Source of the DNA: Bugula neritina
Lineage: Eukaryota > Animalia > Bryozoa
DNA: 64,000 nucleotides
Reading direction: 5' to 3'
Assembly (NCBI GenBank): GCA_964035545.1
Contig: CAXIUT010000134.1
Location: 242-64,241, forward strand
In this document: one piece after another, positions 36,001 through 48,213 of the stretch
How positions within the stretch are numbered: the stretch's first letter is position 1
How the letters are laid out: every line of letters begins with the position of its first letter
Made by a program: the position numbers and the translations under genes
Notes under the pieces: generated by a model
Told to the model about the DNA's origin: nothing
Seen by the model: only the letters and a program-made list of their open reading frames with translations
Databases searched by the model: none

Positions 36001-38393
36001 ATCATTGTATTAGAATATATAGTATCATAGTATTAGAATATATAGTATCATACTATTAGAATATATAGTATCATAGTATTAGAGTATATAGTATCATAGT
36101 ATTAGAATATATAGTATCATAGTATTAGAATATATAGTATCATAGTATTAGAATATATAGTATCATAGTATTAGGATATATAGTATCATACTATTAGAAT
36201 ATATAGTATCATAGTATTAGAGTATATAGTATCATAGTATTAGAATATATAGTATCATAGTATTAGAGTATATAGTATCATAGTATTAGAATATATAGTA
36301 TCATAGTATTAGAATATATAGTATCATAGTATTAGAGTATATAGTATCATAGTATTAGAATATATAGTACCATAGTATTAGAATATATAGTATCATAGTA
36401 TTAGAATATATAGTATCATAGTATTAGAATATATAGTATCATAGTATTAGAGTATATAGTATCATAGAATTAGAATATATAGTATCATAGTATTAGAATA
36501 TATAGTATCATAGTATTAGAATATATAGTATCATAGTATTAGAATATATAGTATCATAGTATTAGAATATAGAGTATCATAGTATTAGAGTATATAGTAT
36601 CATAGTATTAGAGTATATAGTATCATAGTATTAGAATATATAGTATCATAGTATTAGAATATATAGTATCATAGTATTAGAATATATAGTATCATAGTAT
36701 TAGAGTATATAGTATCATAGTATTAGAGTATATAGTATCATAGTAATAGAGTATATAGTATCATAGTATTAGAATATATAGTATCATAGTATTAGAGTAT
36801 ATAGTATCATAGTATTAGAATATAGAGTATCATAGTATTAGAGTATATAGTATCATAGCATTAGAGTATATAGGGTCATAGTATTAGGGTATAGAGTATC
36901 ATAGTATTAGAGTATATAGTATCATAGTATTAGAATATATAGTATCATAGTATTAGAATATATAGTATCATAGTATTAGAATATATAGTATCATAGTATT
37001 AGAATATATAGTATCATAGTATTAGAATATATAGTATCATAGTATTAGAATATAGAGTATCATAGTATTAGAGTATATAGTATCATAGTATTAGAATATA
37101 TAGTATCATAGTATTAGAATATATAGTATCATAGTATTAGAGTATATAGTATCATAGTATTAGAATATATAGTATCATAGTATTAGAATATATAGTATCA
37201 TAGTATTAGAGTATATAGTATCATAGTATTAGAGTATATAGTATCATAGTATTAGAATATATAGTATCATAGTATTAGAGTATATAGTATCATAGTATTA
37301 GAGTATATAGTATCATAGTATTAGAGTATAGAGTTTCATAGTATTAGAATATATAGTATCATAGTATTAGAATATATAGTATCATAGTATTAGAGTATAT
37401 AGTATCATAGTATTAGAATATAGAGTATCATAGTATTAGAATATATAGTATCATAGTATTAGAATATATAGTATCATAATATTAGAATATATAGTATCAT
37501 AGTATTAGAATATAGAGTATCATAGTATTAGAATAATTATATAGTATCATAGTATTAGAGTATATAGTATCATAGTATTAGAATATATAGTATCATAGTA
37601 TTAGGGTATATAGTATCATAGTATTAGAATATATAGTATCATAGTATTAGAATATATAGTATCATAGTATTAGAGTATATAGTATCATAGTATTAGAATA
37701 TATAGTATCATAGTATTAGAATATAGAGTATCATAGTATTAGAATAATTATATAGTATCATAGTATTAGAATATATAGTATCATAGTATTAGAATATAGA
37801 GTATCATAGTATTAGAATATATAGTATCATAGTATTAGAATATATAGTATCATAGTATTAGAATATATAGTATCATAGTATTAGTATATATAGTATCATA
37901 GTATTAGAATATATAGTATCATAGTATTAGAATATATAGTATCATAGTATTAGAGTATAGAGTATCATAGTATCAGAATATATAGTATCTTAGTATTAGA
38001 GTATATAGTATCATAGTATTAGAGTATATAGCACCATAGTATTAGAATATATAGTATCATAGTATTAGAATATAGAGTATCATAGTATTAGAATATATAG
38101 TATTATAGTATTAGAGTATATAGTATCATAGTATTAGAATATATAGTATCATAGTATTAGAATATATAGTATCATAGTATTAGAATATATAGTATCATAG
38201 TATTAGAGTATAGAGTATCATAGTATCAGAATATATAGTATCTTAGTATTAGAGTATATAGTATCATAGTATTAGAGTATATAGTACCATAGTATTAGAA
38301 TATATAGTATCATAGTATTAGAATATAGAGTATCATAGTATTAGAATATATAGTATTATAGTATTAGAGTATATAGTATCATAGTATTAGAAT
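1..38393 (+). repeat. 23-bp tandem satellite array, left block (~1,670 monomers; continues beyond window start)
   Basis: Consensus GTATCATAGTATTAGAATATATA with GTATC at 8, 31, 54 (period 23), 17% GC. Common variants are GAATAT/GAGTAT, TATAG/TAGAG, CATAG/CATAC, a 25-bp (+AG) monomer and a 27-bp (AGAATAATTATATAG) monomer. Ends abruptly at ...ATTAGAAT|CAGTG. Confidence 0.99.
38386..38393 (+). repeat. Left target-site duplication ATTAGAAT
   Basis: Identical to 58474-58481 and cannot be extended on either side (next base C vs A; preceding base T vs G). Confidence 0.9.
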
Positions 38394-39419
38394 CAGTGCA
38401 TCACACGGCTTTTACGACTGTCAGGGTCGATCCTCATTTTGCCATTTCGCGATATTAGCCGCAATAAACAATATATTTTCGTGCGATAACATCGACTGTC
38501 TAGGGCGCTACTGTTGACGAATCAGAACAAAGAGAGCACATGAGCGCTGTAAACATGTACGTGTTGTTATGGTTACTAATGATGATCTGCTACGTAATTT
38601 TTGTAGTAGACAACTCTCACAGAAATCATTAATTTGTCTTTTTATTATTTAGCTAACAACTTTTGCCTAGAAAAAAGCAAAGGTAAGGTGGCTCAAGCAA
38701 TCCTGTATTTTTTTAGAATGTTTTAGCTTAAATTCTGTTTGGTTTATCCTACTAGAATGTTACCTGCTGCAGCATCAACACTATCATTGCAAAACTATAT
38801 CTACTTATAACAAAATCTTGATGCACATAGCAAAATTATCTACTTTATTGTGGCGGATGTGCAAGAGTTTGGAGTCATCTCATCAATTACACATAGCAAC
38901 AGAAGAACACAATATAGAAATAACAGAAAGCCAAAGACAGTATACCTTTATTTTTAACCAAAAAAGAATTTTGTTAAACATTATATTGTTTAGTTCACCA
39001 TAAAAAAACTGATTTTACAAGTGGTTACATCTTTTCCGAAAATAAAAGTGCCATGAAGCAGCCGAAAATGAAGTCGTCCGCTCACCAGACACCTAAAAAA
39101 TAATTATGCAACATGATATTTTTAAAATTAAACACAGATATGCAAAAGTCATCACCTACATAATTTTTTATAAATTTAACAAGCTTGTTTAGTGAAAGTG
39201 TATAATACAAACACTAATGTTGATAGCGAAAATGCCATGTTCATGCAAGATAGTAAATCAATATAAATAAGGAGTCATATCATATCTATGTTATATATGT
39301 ATTCAATTCTGGTTTATGCTTTATGCCTTTAACTATGAGTGCACAACCACTAATCCTATTTCTACCAACACCATCTCTACCACTAACAGTACTAACGTCA
39401 GAATCAAAAGCAACTTCAC

Positions 39420-39482
39420 CACTACTACTAATAATGTTATTATTTTATTATTATTACTTCTACTACTATACTACTGCTACTA

Positions 39483-39525
<43 letters not shown>

Positions 39526-40030
39526 GCTACTGCTACTACTACTACTGCTACTACTACTACTACTACTACTGCTACTACTACTACTACTACTACTACTGCT
39601 GCTACTGCTGCTGCTACTACTTCTACTACTGCTACTACTACTGCTACTGCTGCTGCTACTACTTCTACTACTGCTACTACTACTGCTACTACTACTACTG
39701 CTACTACTACTTCTACTACTGCTACTACTACTACTACTGCTGCTACTACTGCTACTGCTGCTGCTGCTGCTGCTGCTACTACTTCTACTACTGCTACTAC
39801 TACTGCTACTGCTGCTGCTACTACTTCTACTACTGCTACTACTACTGCTACTACTACTACTGCTACTACTACTTCTACTACTGCTACTACTACTGCTGCT
39901 ACTACTGCTACTGCTGCTGCTGCTACTACTTCTACTACTACTACTACTACTACTAACTAGTACTACTACTGCTACTACTACCAGTACTGCTGCTACTACT
40001 ACTTTTACCACTACTGCCGCCACCACCACT
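39420..40030 (+). repeat. Compound trinucleotide microsatellite (ACT/GCT/TCT)n
   Basis: Pure ACT/GCT/TCT run at ~39483-39956 with degenerate flanks. It explains the poly-T/A, poly-L and poly-S ORFs in the track. Confidence 0.97.
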
Positions 40031-41885
40031 ACTAATATTGTTTCTACTACAAGTACTGTAAATCTTACCAGCAGCAAGTTATATTGGAAACTGTTTGCTC
40101 ATTTTATCATTGTATTAGTGCAATAACAAAATGTTTATATTTTAATATAGTCAAACCTTTTAAAAAACTAGGCTGCTACTTATGAACTAAGAAGTTGTGC
40201 TACCCACCTTGATATGCACTCGGCTCCAACACCAAGCAGGTGGTTATGATGCTTCTCCACAATGGCCAGGCCATCCAGCTGTCCGATTGTATGCATCTAC
40301 GTAAAAATTATTGGCATATGGTGCAAGAAATGATTAAAAACCAGATAGGTGTGCTAGAATTTATACAGCATAATATAGAGTAAGGTAAAAGAGAACAGAC
40401 CGTCAAGTGGTACAGCATAGAAACAATTACTAGCTATTATATGCTTTGTAGAAGTTGGCAAATTGTAGCCCACTAGATATGAACTTTGGTTAGCATTTTA
40501 TTTTGGCTTTCAGCAACTGCTTTAATCAATAATCTTGGTAAAACCAATATGTTTACAAATTAACACCTCCACTAGATAGGTATACAGGTCAAAATATTCC
40601 AATTGGTGACATACTAAAAGAAAATGTATATTTATTCATCTTTGAAAGATTGCTAATAATTTATAAAACAGCGTCGAAATCACTAAAGTAACAGCGCAAA
40701 TAAGTTTATTAAACAGCATTATAGGATTGCCTATTACTAGTTTCATGATTTCTATTATTTTACTGGTTTTAAACATAATATAGGCTGAAAAAGCAATATT
40801 AGTTCTCTCACTTTTGCTAACTACATTGCTTGGAAGGCCATCATAATTAGATCAGATCAAACAAATGTGTTGACAGGTAGACTGGAACAGGCCTAAAATT
40901 TGCAAGGTATAATTTAAATTTATCTGGCCTGAAATTGCTGAAACTGACAATACAATAATATGAGAAACAAGCAGGGTTTTTTAATAAAGCTAGCAAAAAT
41001 AATTCCTCTACATATAATTAACATACAGTCCATACATATAATATATTACTATGTCCAGGCAGCAGTGCTTGTTCTAGCCAAAAGAAAACTGATTTAATGG
41101 CTGATTTTAATGGCCAACAAGAAATTTATGGCGCACAGTGGCATTGTCATATTTTTAATATTCAAAATTACAGTTCTAATCTATCAATCATTTTATCAAT
41201 ACTACTATACTATGATCTACTACTGCTGCTGGTTCTACCACTGCTACCATACTGCTGAGTAATGCAAGCTAAGTAATTTAAATTGCAATTAAAAAAATTA
41301 TCGGACTTTCTTTTCTATTACCTGTCCAGTTTAGCATTTCTTTCATCATAGCTTGCCATAGTAACTTGAAAATTCACAGGGTTTGAGTTAGACCTATGGA
41401 ATATACTTACAAGTAGAATGAACCCACAGTTCTGCAATATATCATAAAAACATTCAAAATAAAACTATAGGAAAACCAAGTAAATGCTTCTAAGTATTAG
41501 TGCAAGTAAAGATGCTATGCAATCTATCCAACAAGCAGCCAAATGTCTCAAAATAAGCTTCAGAGTTATAAATATAAAATGTTTCCAAATCAAGGCTAGC
41601 AACACTTCTGTTGTTGTGATAGCAAATTTTGCTTAATAAAGTAAGGAAACCAGCTTCCCTTGCATGACTCAATTTCTATTAAAGAAAAATTATACTCTCC
41701 TATAATCGCTGAAACACAGGCCTGTCACAAGTACATGAATGGTAAATCTAGATGTTTCCCTAAAACCATCATCAAAACAGTAAACACACTGCAAAATATT
41801 TATTTTTACTTTTTCTGCTCAAACATTTAAATGGGCTCTGCAGGATATGACAAATACCAAAATAATTCCGCTTTGTGAACTAGCA

Positions 41886-42300
41886 AATATGGACAAACAC
41901 CCTAATATTCACGCCAATAGAAAAGTCTACGCATTTTGTGTTCTCAGCATTCTTCCTTGTGGATGAAAAAAATGGGCAACATGTGGACTGCAAGAATCAA
42001 AGCTCAGCACTTTTCATACCTGGAGTTTAAAATGCATGTTGAGTAAAATCTGGGAAGATAAAATGGTAAATGAAGATGTATTTGAAATCACAGACCCGGA
42101 TTCTCCATCGTCAAAACTGAATTTCTTCTGTCTTCACTGGGCTGGTCAACATGCCAAAGTATCTCATCCACCGCACTCGATTGCATGCATTAATATCAAA
42201 AGGAACTCATCCAGCTAGAAGAACTTATATCTAAGGTTTGAGGATGTCCTGAAACAAGAGCTTAAGGAATTTTACATAAAATCCAATCAATTTACCACCT
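41886..42300 (+). mobile_element. Decayed, 5'-truncated RTE-clade LINE fragment (region C-terminal to the RT core)
   Basis: Translation across stops and frameshifts: KVYAFCVLSILPCG*K/WATCGLQESKLSTFHTWSLKCMLSKIWEDKMVNEDVFEIT...SKLNFFCLHWAGQ...KGTHPARR/RFEDVLKQELKEFYI. This follows the RTE pattern KVY.ACVLS.LLYGSE.W...E..L..FH..CLR.IL...W.D...N..V....RLRWAGH...R.KD.LK..LK. Boundaries approximate. Confidence 0.8.
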
Positions 42301-43619
42301 CCCAAATGAAGGCAAAGCATTCATGCAGGATGGGCATTCAACACTGAAAACAATATAAAGGGATCCATGGCTAGATGTTCAAGACATGAATGCTAAGGGT
42401 GTCATGCATATGATCACTGAGATATTTATGACAATCTCTCAATATACCTTAGCATATTAAATATGCTTGTAGTTATAGCTATTACTATAGTTGTTATATA
42501 TGCTACTAACTAACAAGCAATAACCGTATTACAAACATAGGTGAATGAGAAAAATAATTCAATAGTGGTGATATCAGTATGGGTATTATAATTTAGCAAT
42601 TGGCATAAAAATTAAAAATGATGAATGTAATGATGGTTAAAGTTATTAGATACCTAAACTTATACCTATATTAATTAAAACAGTGACTTGTTGAAATATA
42701 AATAAATTAATATTCATTAAAACTTCATTGAATTAAAAGATAATTTTGAAGCAAAATGAACAGTTAAAATAAATTTATTCACAATAATTTTAACCCTTTA
42801 TGATCAACCTTAAAATTAAAACTCAAGTATTTGTAGCAAAGTTTTGAATAAAGTTGGATTTTGCAACGGTTTGAGATACTTTCACTAGCACTATGTGCAT
42901 AACTGTATAAGTTTCATCATATTGATACAGTTACATACTCATACTCAAATATATAGTAACATTCTCAATAAATCAGGTATTAGTATTGAGATTGCGTTGG
43001 TCGAGATAACATCATGGTTACTCACTTATGGTTGTATACTTTAGCTTATACTTCTAGTTAAATGTACTACTGCCCTATTATTAAACTTAATCTTAGTCTG
43101 TCATCACTTAGAAAACATAGTTCAGTCTTGAGGCAAATCAGTTTGAGTGTCGTTAGTTTCATTACCAGTAGTCATTAGATTTAGTCAGTGTACTTGAAAT
43201 TTATTGATCAATATTACCATCAAATTTAAGTGACTATTATTATGAATACTATATCCATCAAATATCAAAAACTGCAAACTTAATAAGTATGATTAAGAAA
43301 ATCACAGCCAACATGGCGATGATTGAATTGTATGCTCGTGCTATTGAGATTCCTAACATAAAGGTTAACCTCACATAATGATTAGATAACAATCATATTC
43401 AATTTTTCATTACTGCCATTTGTTAGGAAAAGCATCCAGTCATAATTGCTCCTATGCTCCAAATAAATAATTCCTTAGCCCCATTTAACAAAAAAACCTT
43501 TCCCATCAGGGGTTTCTCACAGGGATGCCAACTATAAACTTGCACAAGTTTTATTTAATAGTAAATTAATTTACTTATATAAAAATTATTACATTCACAG
43601 TGATACATTGATGGTCATA

Positions 43620-45170
43620 ATATTTTATATATCAATATCATCATTATGATACAATTATCACTATTACTATTAGTATTACTATATGATAACTTATCAATAA
43701 AACTTCATAAAGTTCATGAAAAACATTAAATATAACAATTTAATCAAAACTAAATCAATGCCAAAGGGCAAGGTAGAGTCAAAATTAAATAAGCTATAGG
43801 GCGTAGGCTATAAGTATAAGTATAATTATCACTATAAAACTAAGTGACTGATGAGTTGGTACTTGGTAGCATAAACATAAAATGAGCATAAACAAACATA
43901 AACTAAAACACCATTACATATATGATTTATGACCCTTAGGTTTCTACTTTTAATTTTAGCTTTACCTTGTCTTTTGGCATTGGTTATTGTATTAGTTTAG
44001 GTTACACCACTATCAATTACTATGACTATGAATATGAGTGAGTAGCCTTGCCCGTAGAACTAGGAGTAGGAGTAGATCACTAGTAGTAGAAGTATGGGTA
44101 TCGGGGTATGACTATAAGTATAACTCATAGTCACAGTATGAGTATCTTACTGAAAGTGATACTCATAAACCTAAAGTGATAATCATAATGATACTCAGCA
44201 TGACATGTAAGGTGTATGATACTCAGTCTCAGTTATACAGAGTAGAATATCAAACTTTAAGTTTAACTGCTACTTTAAAGTAGGACTTAGACATCACCAT
44301 TTATGGGTATGTCATACCGTCATAGACTATAGACATAGTATAAGGTTCTAATACTATAAGCATAACTATTACTATTAGTATTACTACTATAAGTATAAGT
44401 CTTTAAGTTTAAGTATAACTATATTTACTATTGATCAATTTCGATTTGATACTATCACTATTAGTATTAGTATTACACTTTACAGTATTACTATTAGTAT
44501 TAGTTGGTCCCATACTGATAGTGATACTCATATCACTACCATTATGATTATCATAATCATTATGATTATGATTAAGAGTACTACAGTGATAGTTATACCC
44601 ACATTTATGCTGATTACTAATTTAATATCACTCTAATCAGTAACTGTTATCACTATGACTATCAGTGAATTATTTATCATTTTATGATTTTATCATAGTC
44701 ATAATGAAACTGATTGAGTGATACTTATAGTAATAGTTATAGCTATACTGGCAGTGATACTGATAGTGATACTGATAGACTTAGACTTAGAGTGAGAGTC
44801 AGAGAGAGAGTGATATTCATATTTATAAATATGATTATTATTATTATAAGTATAACATTAACTAAGAGTAAGAGCAAATGTAATGTCTAATCGTGACATT
44901 ATAACTATTACCATTAGTGCATTCGTATTAGTATTACTATTAGTAGTAGTATTACTAATAATTATTAATCTATTTTTCAATAATAACCATGCATATGCCC
45001 TAGCCTATAAGTTTGAGTACGCCTATGGTATTCCTAATTTAAATTGGATCTTTGGGTCATTTGATCAAAGGAGCAGCGGACTCCGATTAGGCATTGGACC
45101 TTGGGGCGAGGTTCAAGTAAAACCGATATTCGGTCAAAACAGGTCTAGTCTATCATAGTGGCCAGTAATT
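43620..45170. repeat. Cryptically simple tract with drifting 6-bp periodicity
   Basis: Successive hexamers differ by 1-2 bases, e.g. from 44757: GATACT GATAGT GATACT GATAGA CTTAGA CTTAGA GTGAGA GTCAGA GAGAGA GTGATA TTCATA TTTATA. Boundaries are fuzzy. Confidence 0.7.
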
Positions 45171-45431
45171 TATCTGCGCAAGCTTACTCGCCTCTTGTGT
45201 TCATAATAAATTCGGCCTAACTGCTCCGCAAATGGGGCGATAATCATAAGTTTCATAATAATATATTATTAGAGACTAATTTAGTATGTACAGTATACAC
45301 ATGTTAGTAATTACAATCTAGTTCCATTCTTCAAGAAAACCCATTACGAATCAGGTTGGTACTATTGCTATTAGGTTGATAATATTATTAGTAAAACAAT
45401 GTGCTCATTTTTGATATAAATTATTATTACT

Positions 45432-45543
45432 ACTAGTACAGTAGACGTAGTAGTACTAGTAGTAGTAGTAGTAGTACAGTAGTACTAGTAGTAGTAGTAG
45501 TACTCTAGTTACTAGTAGTAGTACTAGTAGACCTACTAGTAGT
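45432..45543 (+). repeat. (TAG/GTA)n microsatellite with TAC interruptions
   Basis: GTAGTAGTACTAGTAGTAGTAGTAGTAGTAC..., opposite orientation to the CTA tract at 39.5 kb. Confidence 0.9.
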
Positions 45544-46264
45544 TCTGATGTCTAATACCTTAATAGTTAGTTATTACTATTACTGATTACTCAATTAGTA
45601 TTACCAGTAGGTAGTAAGAGTAAGTCTAATCTAATGCTGTAATAGATAATTTTTATGACTATCACTACGCCCTATGACTATGAGTTGGTATCAAGTTATA
45701 TTTCATTATTAATTGATTATGCGTTTGTTTACTAAGAAAAATCTAATGGTAGTCTCAGTCCGTTAACTTATATTTAGTTATAATCACTTACAGTACTGAT
45801 TCTTTCTCTTTCAATTTGGAACTTCGTTGTTTTCTGTTCCAATAATTATAATCATAATGCAATAAATTTAAAAGTTACCCAGTGTGAGTGACTAACTAAC
45901 TACAATTTAGGTTCATTCTTGATGAAAACACTATGAGTATAACTATAAGTATTTACTCACTTATAATCGACGCAATAGTAATAAAAAGAAGTTTTGCAAT
46001 GAATTGGGATCCTAGCCTGGAGCTGGTGAAATTGCATATAGCTAATTAACACGGGGTATATTATGTTTCTGAATATTATTATATGTATTTAACTGTTAAG
46101 AATGTAGTGAACAATATTGGTGTATAGATAATTAGGGTTCACTATTACTATGAGTGTCCTAGTCATAGTTGAAAATAAGATGTTCATAATGGTCATTCTC
46201 AAAATATAAAAATATATGCATAACCATTAACAAGTTGAAAATATTTGTTTAAAATGATTTATAG

Positions 46265-47916
46265 ACCATGGATAACGATGAATAAAGCTATTCAGTCTGT
46301 TTATCCCAACTTGAGGCTTTGGCAGAAAAAGGTATCGAGGAAGATAAAATCAAAAATGGTACTGAAACAATTTGCAACTTGAAAAACGATGATTGAAAAG
46401 GCGTCAAGAAAGTAAGTGCATGTTATACTAACTATGATGAGTTTTGTAGCTTGGTTTTTAATCAGTTTTCTCCATACACAATATTGAATTTGTTCAATCT
46501 TTTAGAATTGTCACAAACCTGTTAGACCAAGCTGAAAATATAAGTGATGAGTTGAAAAAAGCTGCCTCAGAGCAATTGACAGGTTATTTTTACATCTATT
46601 CTAAAGAAAAGTTCTGGTGAATACATAAATGTTGTTTTTGTACTGGCACAATTTTTGCTGCACAATTTTGATATGTTCATTTTAGATTTTGATAAACATA
46701 ACCATCACACAATGATCCTAAATGTTGTAGTACTGTAAATGGCGAAAATGAAAAATTATTGCGTGAACGTAAAGTTTCCTACCTAATTTTGTATTTTAGC
46801 CACCTAATCAACTTGTAAAAACACGAATAAATAATATTAAGTCCAAATTAGGCTTTTTACAGCCAATAAGCACCTGATAATATTCATGTATTTATGGCTC
46901 ATAGAATGTAATGAATTGTACATACAACTTCTTTATCTCACTTTCAAAATACTGTCAGACACCTATATATATGCTAACTTTTTTACTACAATTTAAGGCT
47001 GTTTATGTTTTCAGATGTTCAACAATTGTTAGAACTCCTTGAGCAGTATGCCCGACAGCCTCAAAGAGCACCAATGTATATAGAGGCTACCTCAGTTAAA
47101 TGGGACAAAATCCGATCAATTCTTCATAGGAATACAATTACTGGCATGGGAACTAGGAAACTCTTGATTAGTAGGTAATTTTTAGTAACTTTTATTTTAA
47201 TTAACCAGCCATCACCAATTTTAGGTGTTGTTACTATTATTTTGCATTTTTTATACCCAACAATTTATAATGTGTTGTTTTAAGCTAAAACACTGTTTTA
47301 GCTTGTAATCTATGTTTTAGGTGAAAGGCTGTCTCTACTCCCATCAACTTGCCAATTGTGTAACAATACAATGGTTAAAAAATTTGTAGCTTACACCCTC
47401 AAAGTCATCTCTATAATCAATGGTAAATTATTCAAATTGTCCAATCAAATTCTAAAAAATATTTGGGTCATTTGTGTTTCAAATAATCGCTAGTATTTTA
47501 TATTATATTTAAGTGAAGTGAAATTATTGGTCATCTATGTTTATTCAATCAGTTGTCAATTATGCATTTATCTGTTACATGATAACTTCTAGAGTATACA
47601 TATAATTTCTTAACATTTTTGCCTTATTTAGCTATTGTTATAATTTGCTTCTCACAATTTCATATATTGACACTATCTTTTTTCTAGGGCGCACTGAAAC
47701 GGTGATTCTCCTTATTGTGAGCTATGCTCATGGACACGTGTTCAAGTGAGTGAAAATTTTCCTAAACTCAGGCTGTGGCCACTAACTCCCCAAGGAAAAG
47801 TATTCGTGACCTTCAGTTATTTGTTACACATCAGCACCTTACAGCATCATTCTCCAACTTTAAGCATGAAACGCTTGTTCTCTAGTCTAAAGTTCTTGGC
47901 AGTATTGGATGGCAGG
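46265..47916 (+). pseudogene. Intron-containing KDZ-type transposase pseudogene, N-terminal part with CxC3-like cysteine cluster
   Basis: AG/GT-bounded exons at 46265-46411, 46506-46582, 46686-46768, 47015-47174, 47321-47422 and 47688-47916. The last two splice in phase to LPSTCQLCNNTM...LKVISIINGRTETVILPYCELCSWTRVQVSENFPKLRLWPLTPQGKVFVTFSYLLHISTLQHHSPTLSMKRLFSSLKFLAVLDGR. By recall this matches the CxC3 pattern C..C...V.(V/I).INGR....LP..C..C.W......WP.T......P.LS...F...L.....GR. Exons 1 and 3 carry stops or frameshifts, and exon 4 to 5 is out of phase. Confidence 0.72.
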
Positions 47917-48213
47917 GTTAATTTTATTAGTTTTTAATGCTTTCGAACACATTTGTTCATTTACTATTTGTTCACTGTTAAAATGTAGCATTCATTTATA
48001 AGCTTTTTATAATCGTAAATTTGCATGCTAAAAGAAGTTAGCATAATTTATTACTCCCCTGCACAGTTTTACTGGATGTGGATGCTTAACATCAAAGATG
48101 GCTTTTACTGGGCAGTGAACCCATGACTACTGGCTTACTAAACCAGATTTCTAAACCCTAGGCCACAGCTGCTCCTTGTAATGAAATTTATATCTATTTG
48201 TATTATATTTTAG

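Noticed and set aside
1-38393. CRISPR array
   Set aside because: Head-to-tail 23-mers with no unique spacers, no cas genes, and a eukaryotic spliced context.
1-38393. Telomerase-made telomeric repeat (some yeasts use 23-mers)
   Set aside because: No G-rich telomere-like motif, and variants are propagated in kb-scale duplicated blocks typical of recombination-driven satellites.
39316-40126. ORFs of 214, 267 and 203 aa (poly-T/A, poly-L, poly-S)
   Set aside because: These are stop-free frames of an ACT/GCT microsatellite on both strands, with no coding evidence.
44883-45158. 91-aa ORF with an apparent transmembrane segment
   Set aside because: The hydrophobic run derives from ATT/AGT/ACT low-complexity sequence in the hexamer-drift tract.
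45058-45234. Inverted repeat CATTTG..GGAGCAG..TTAGGC vs GCCTAACTGCTCCGCAAATG
   Set aside because: It requires two sizeable gaps over ~20 matched bases, too weak to call without alignment statistics.
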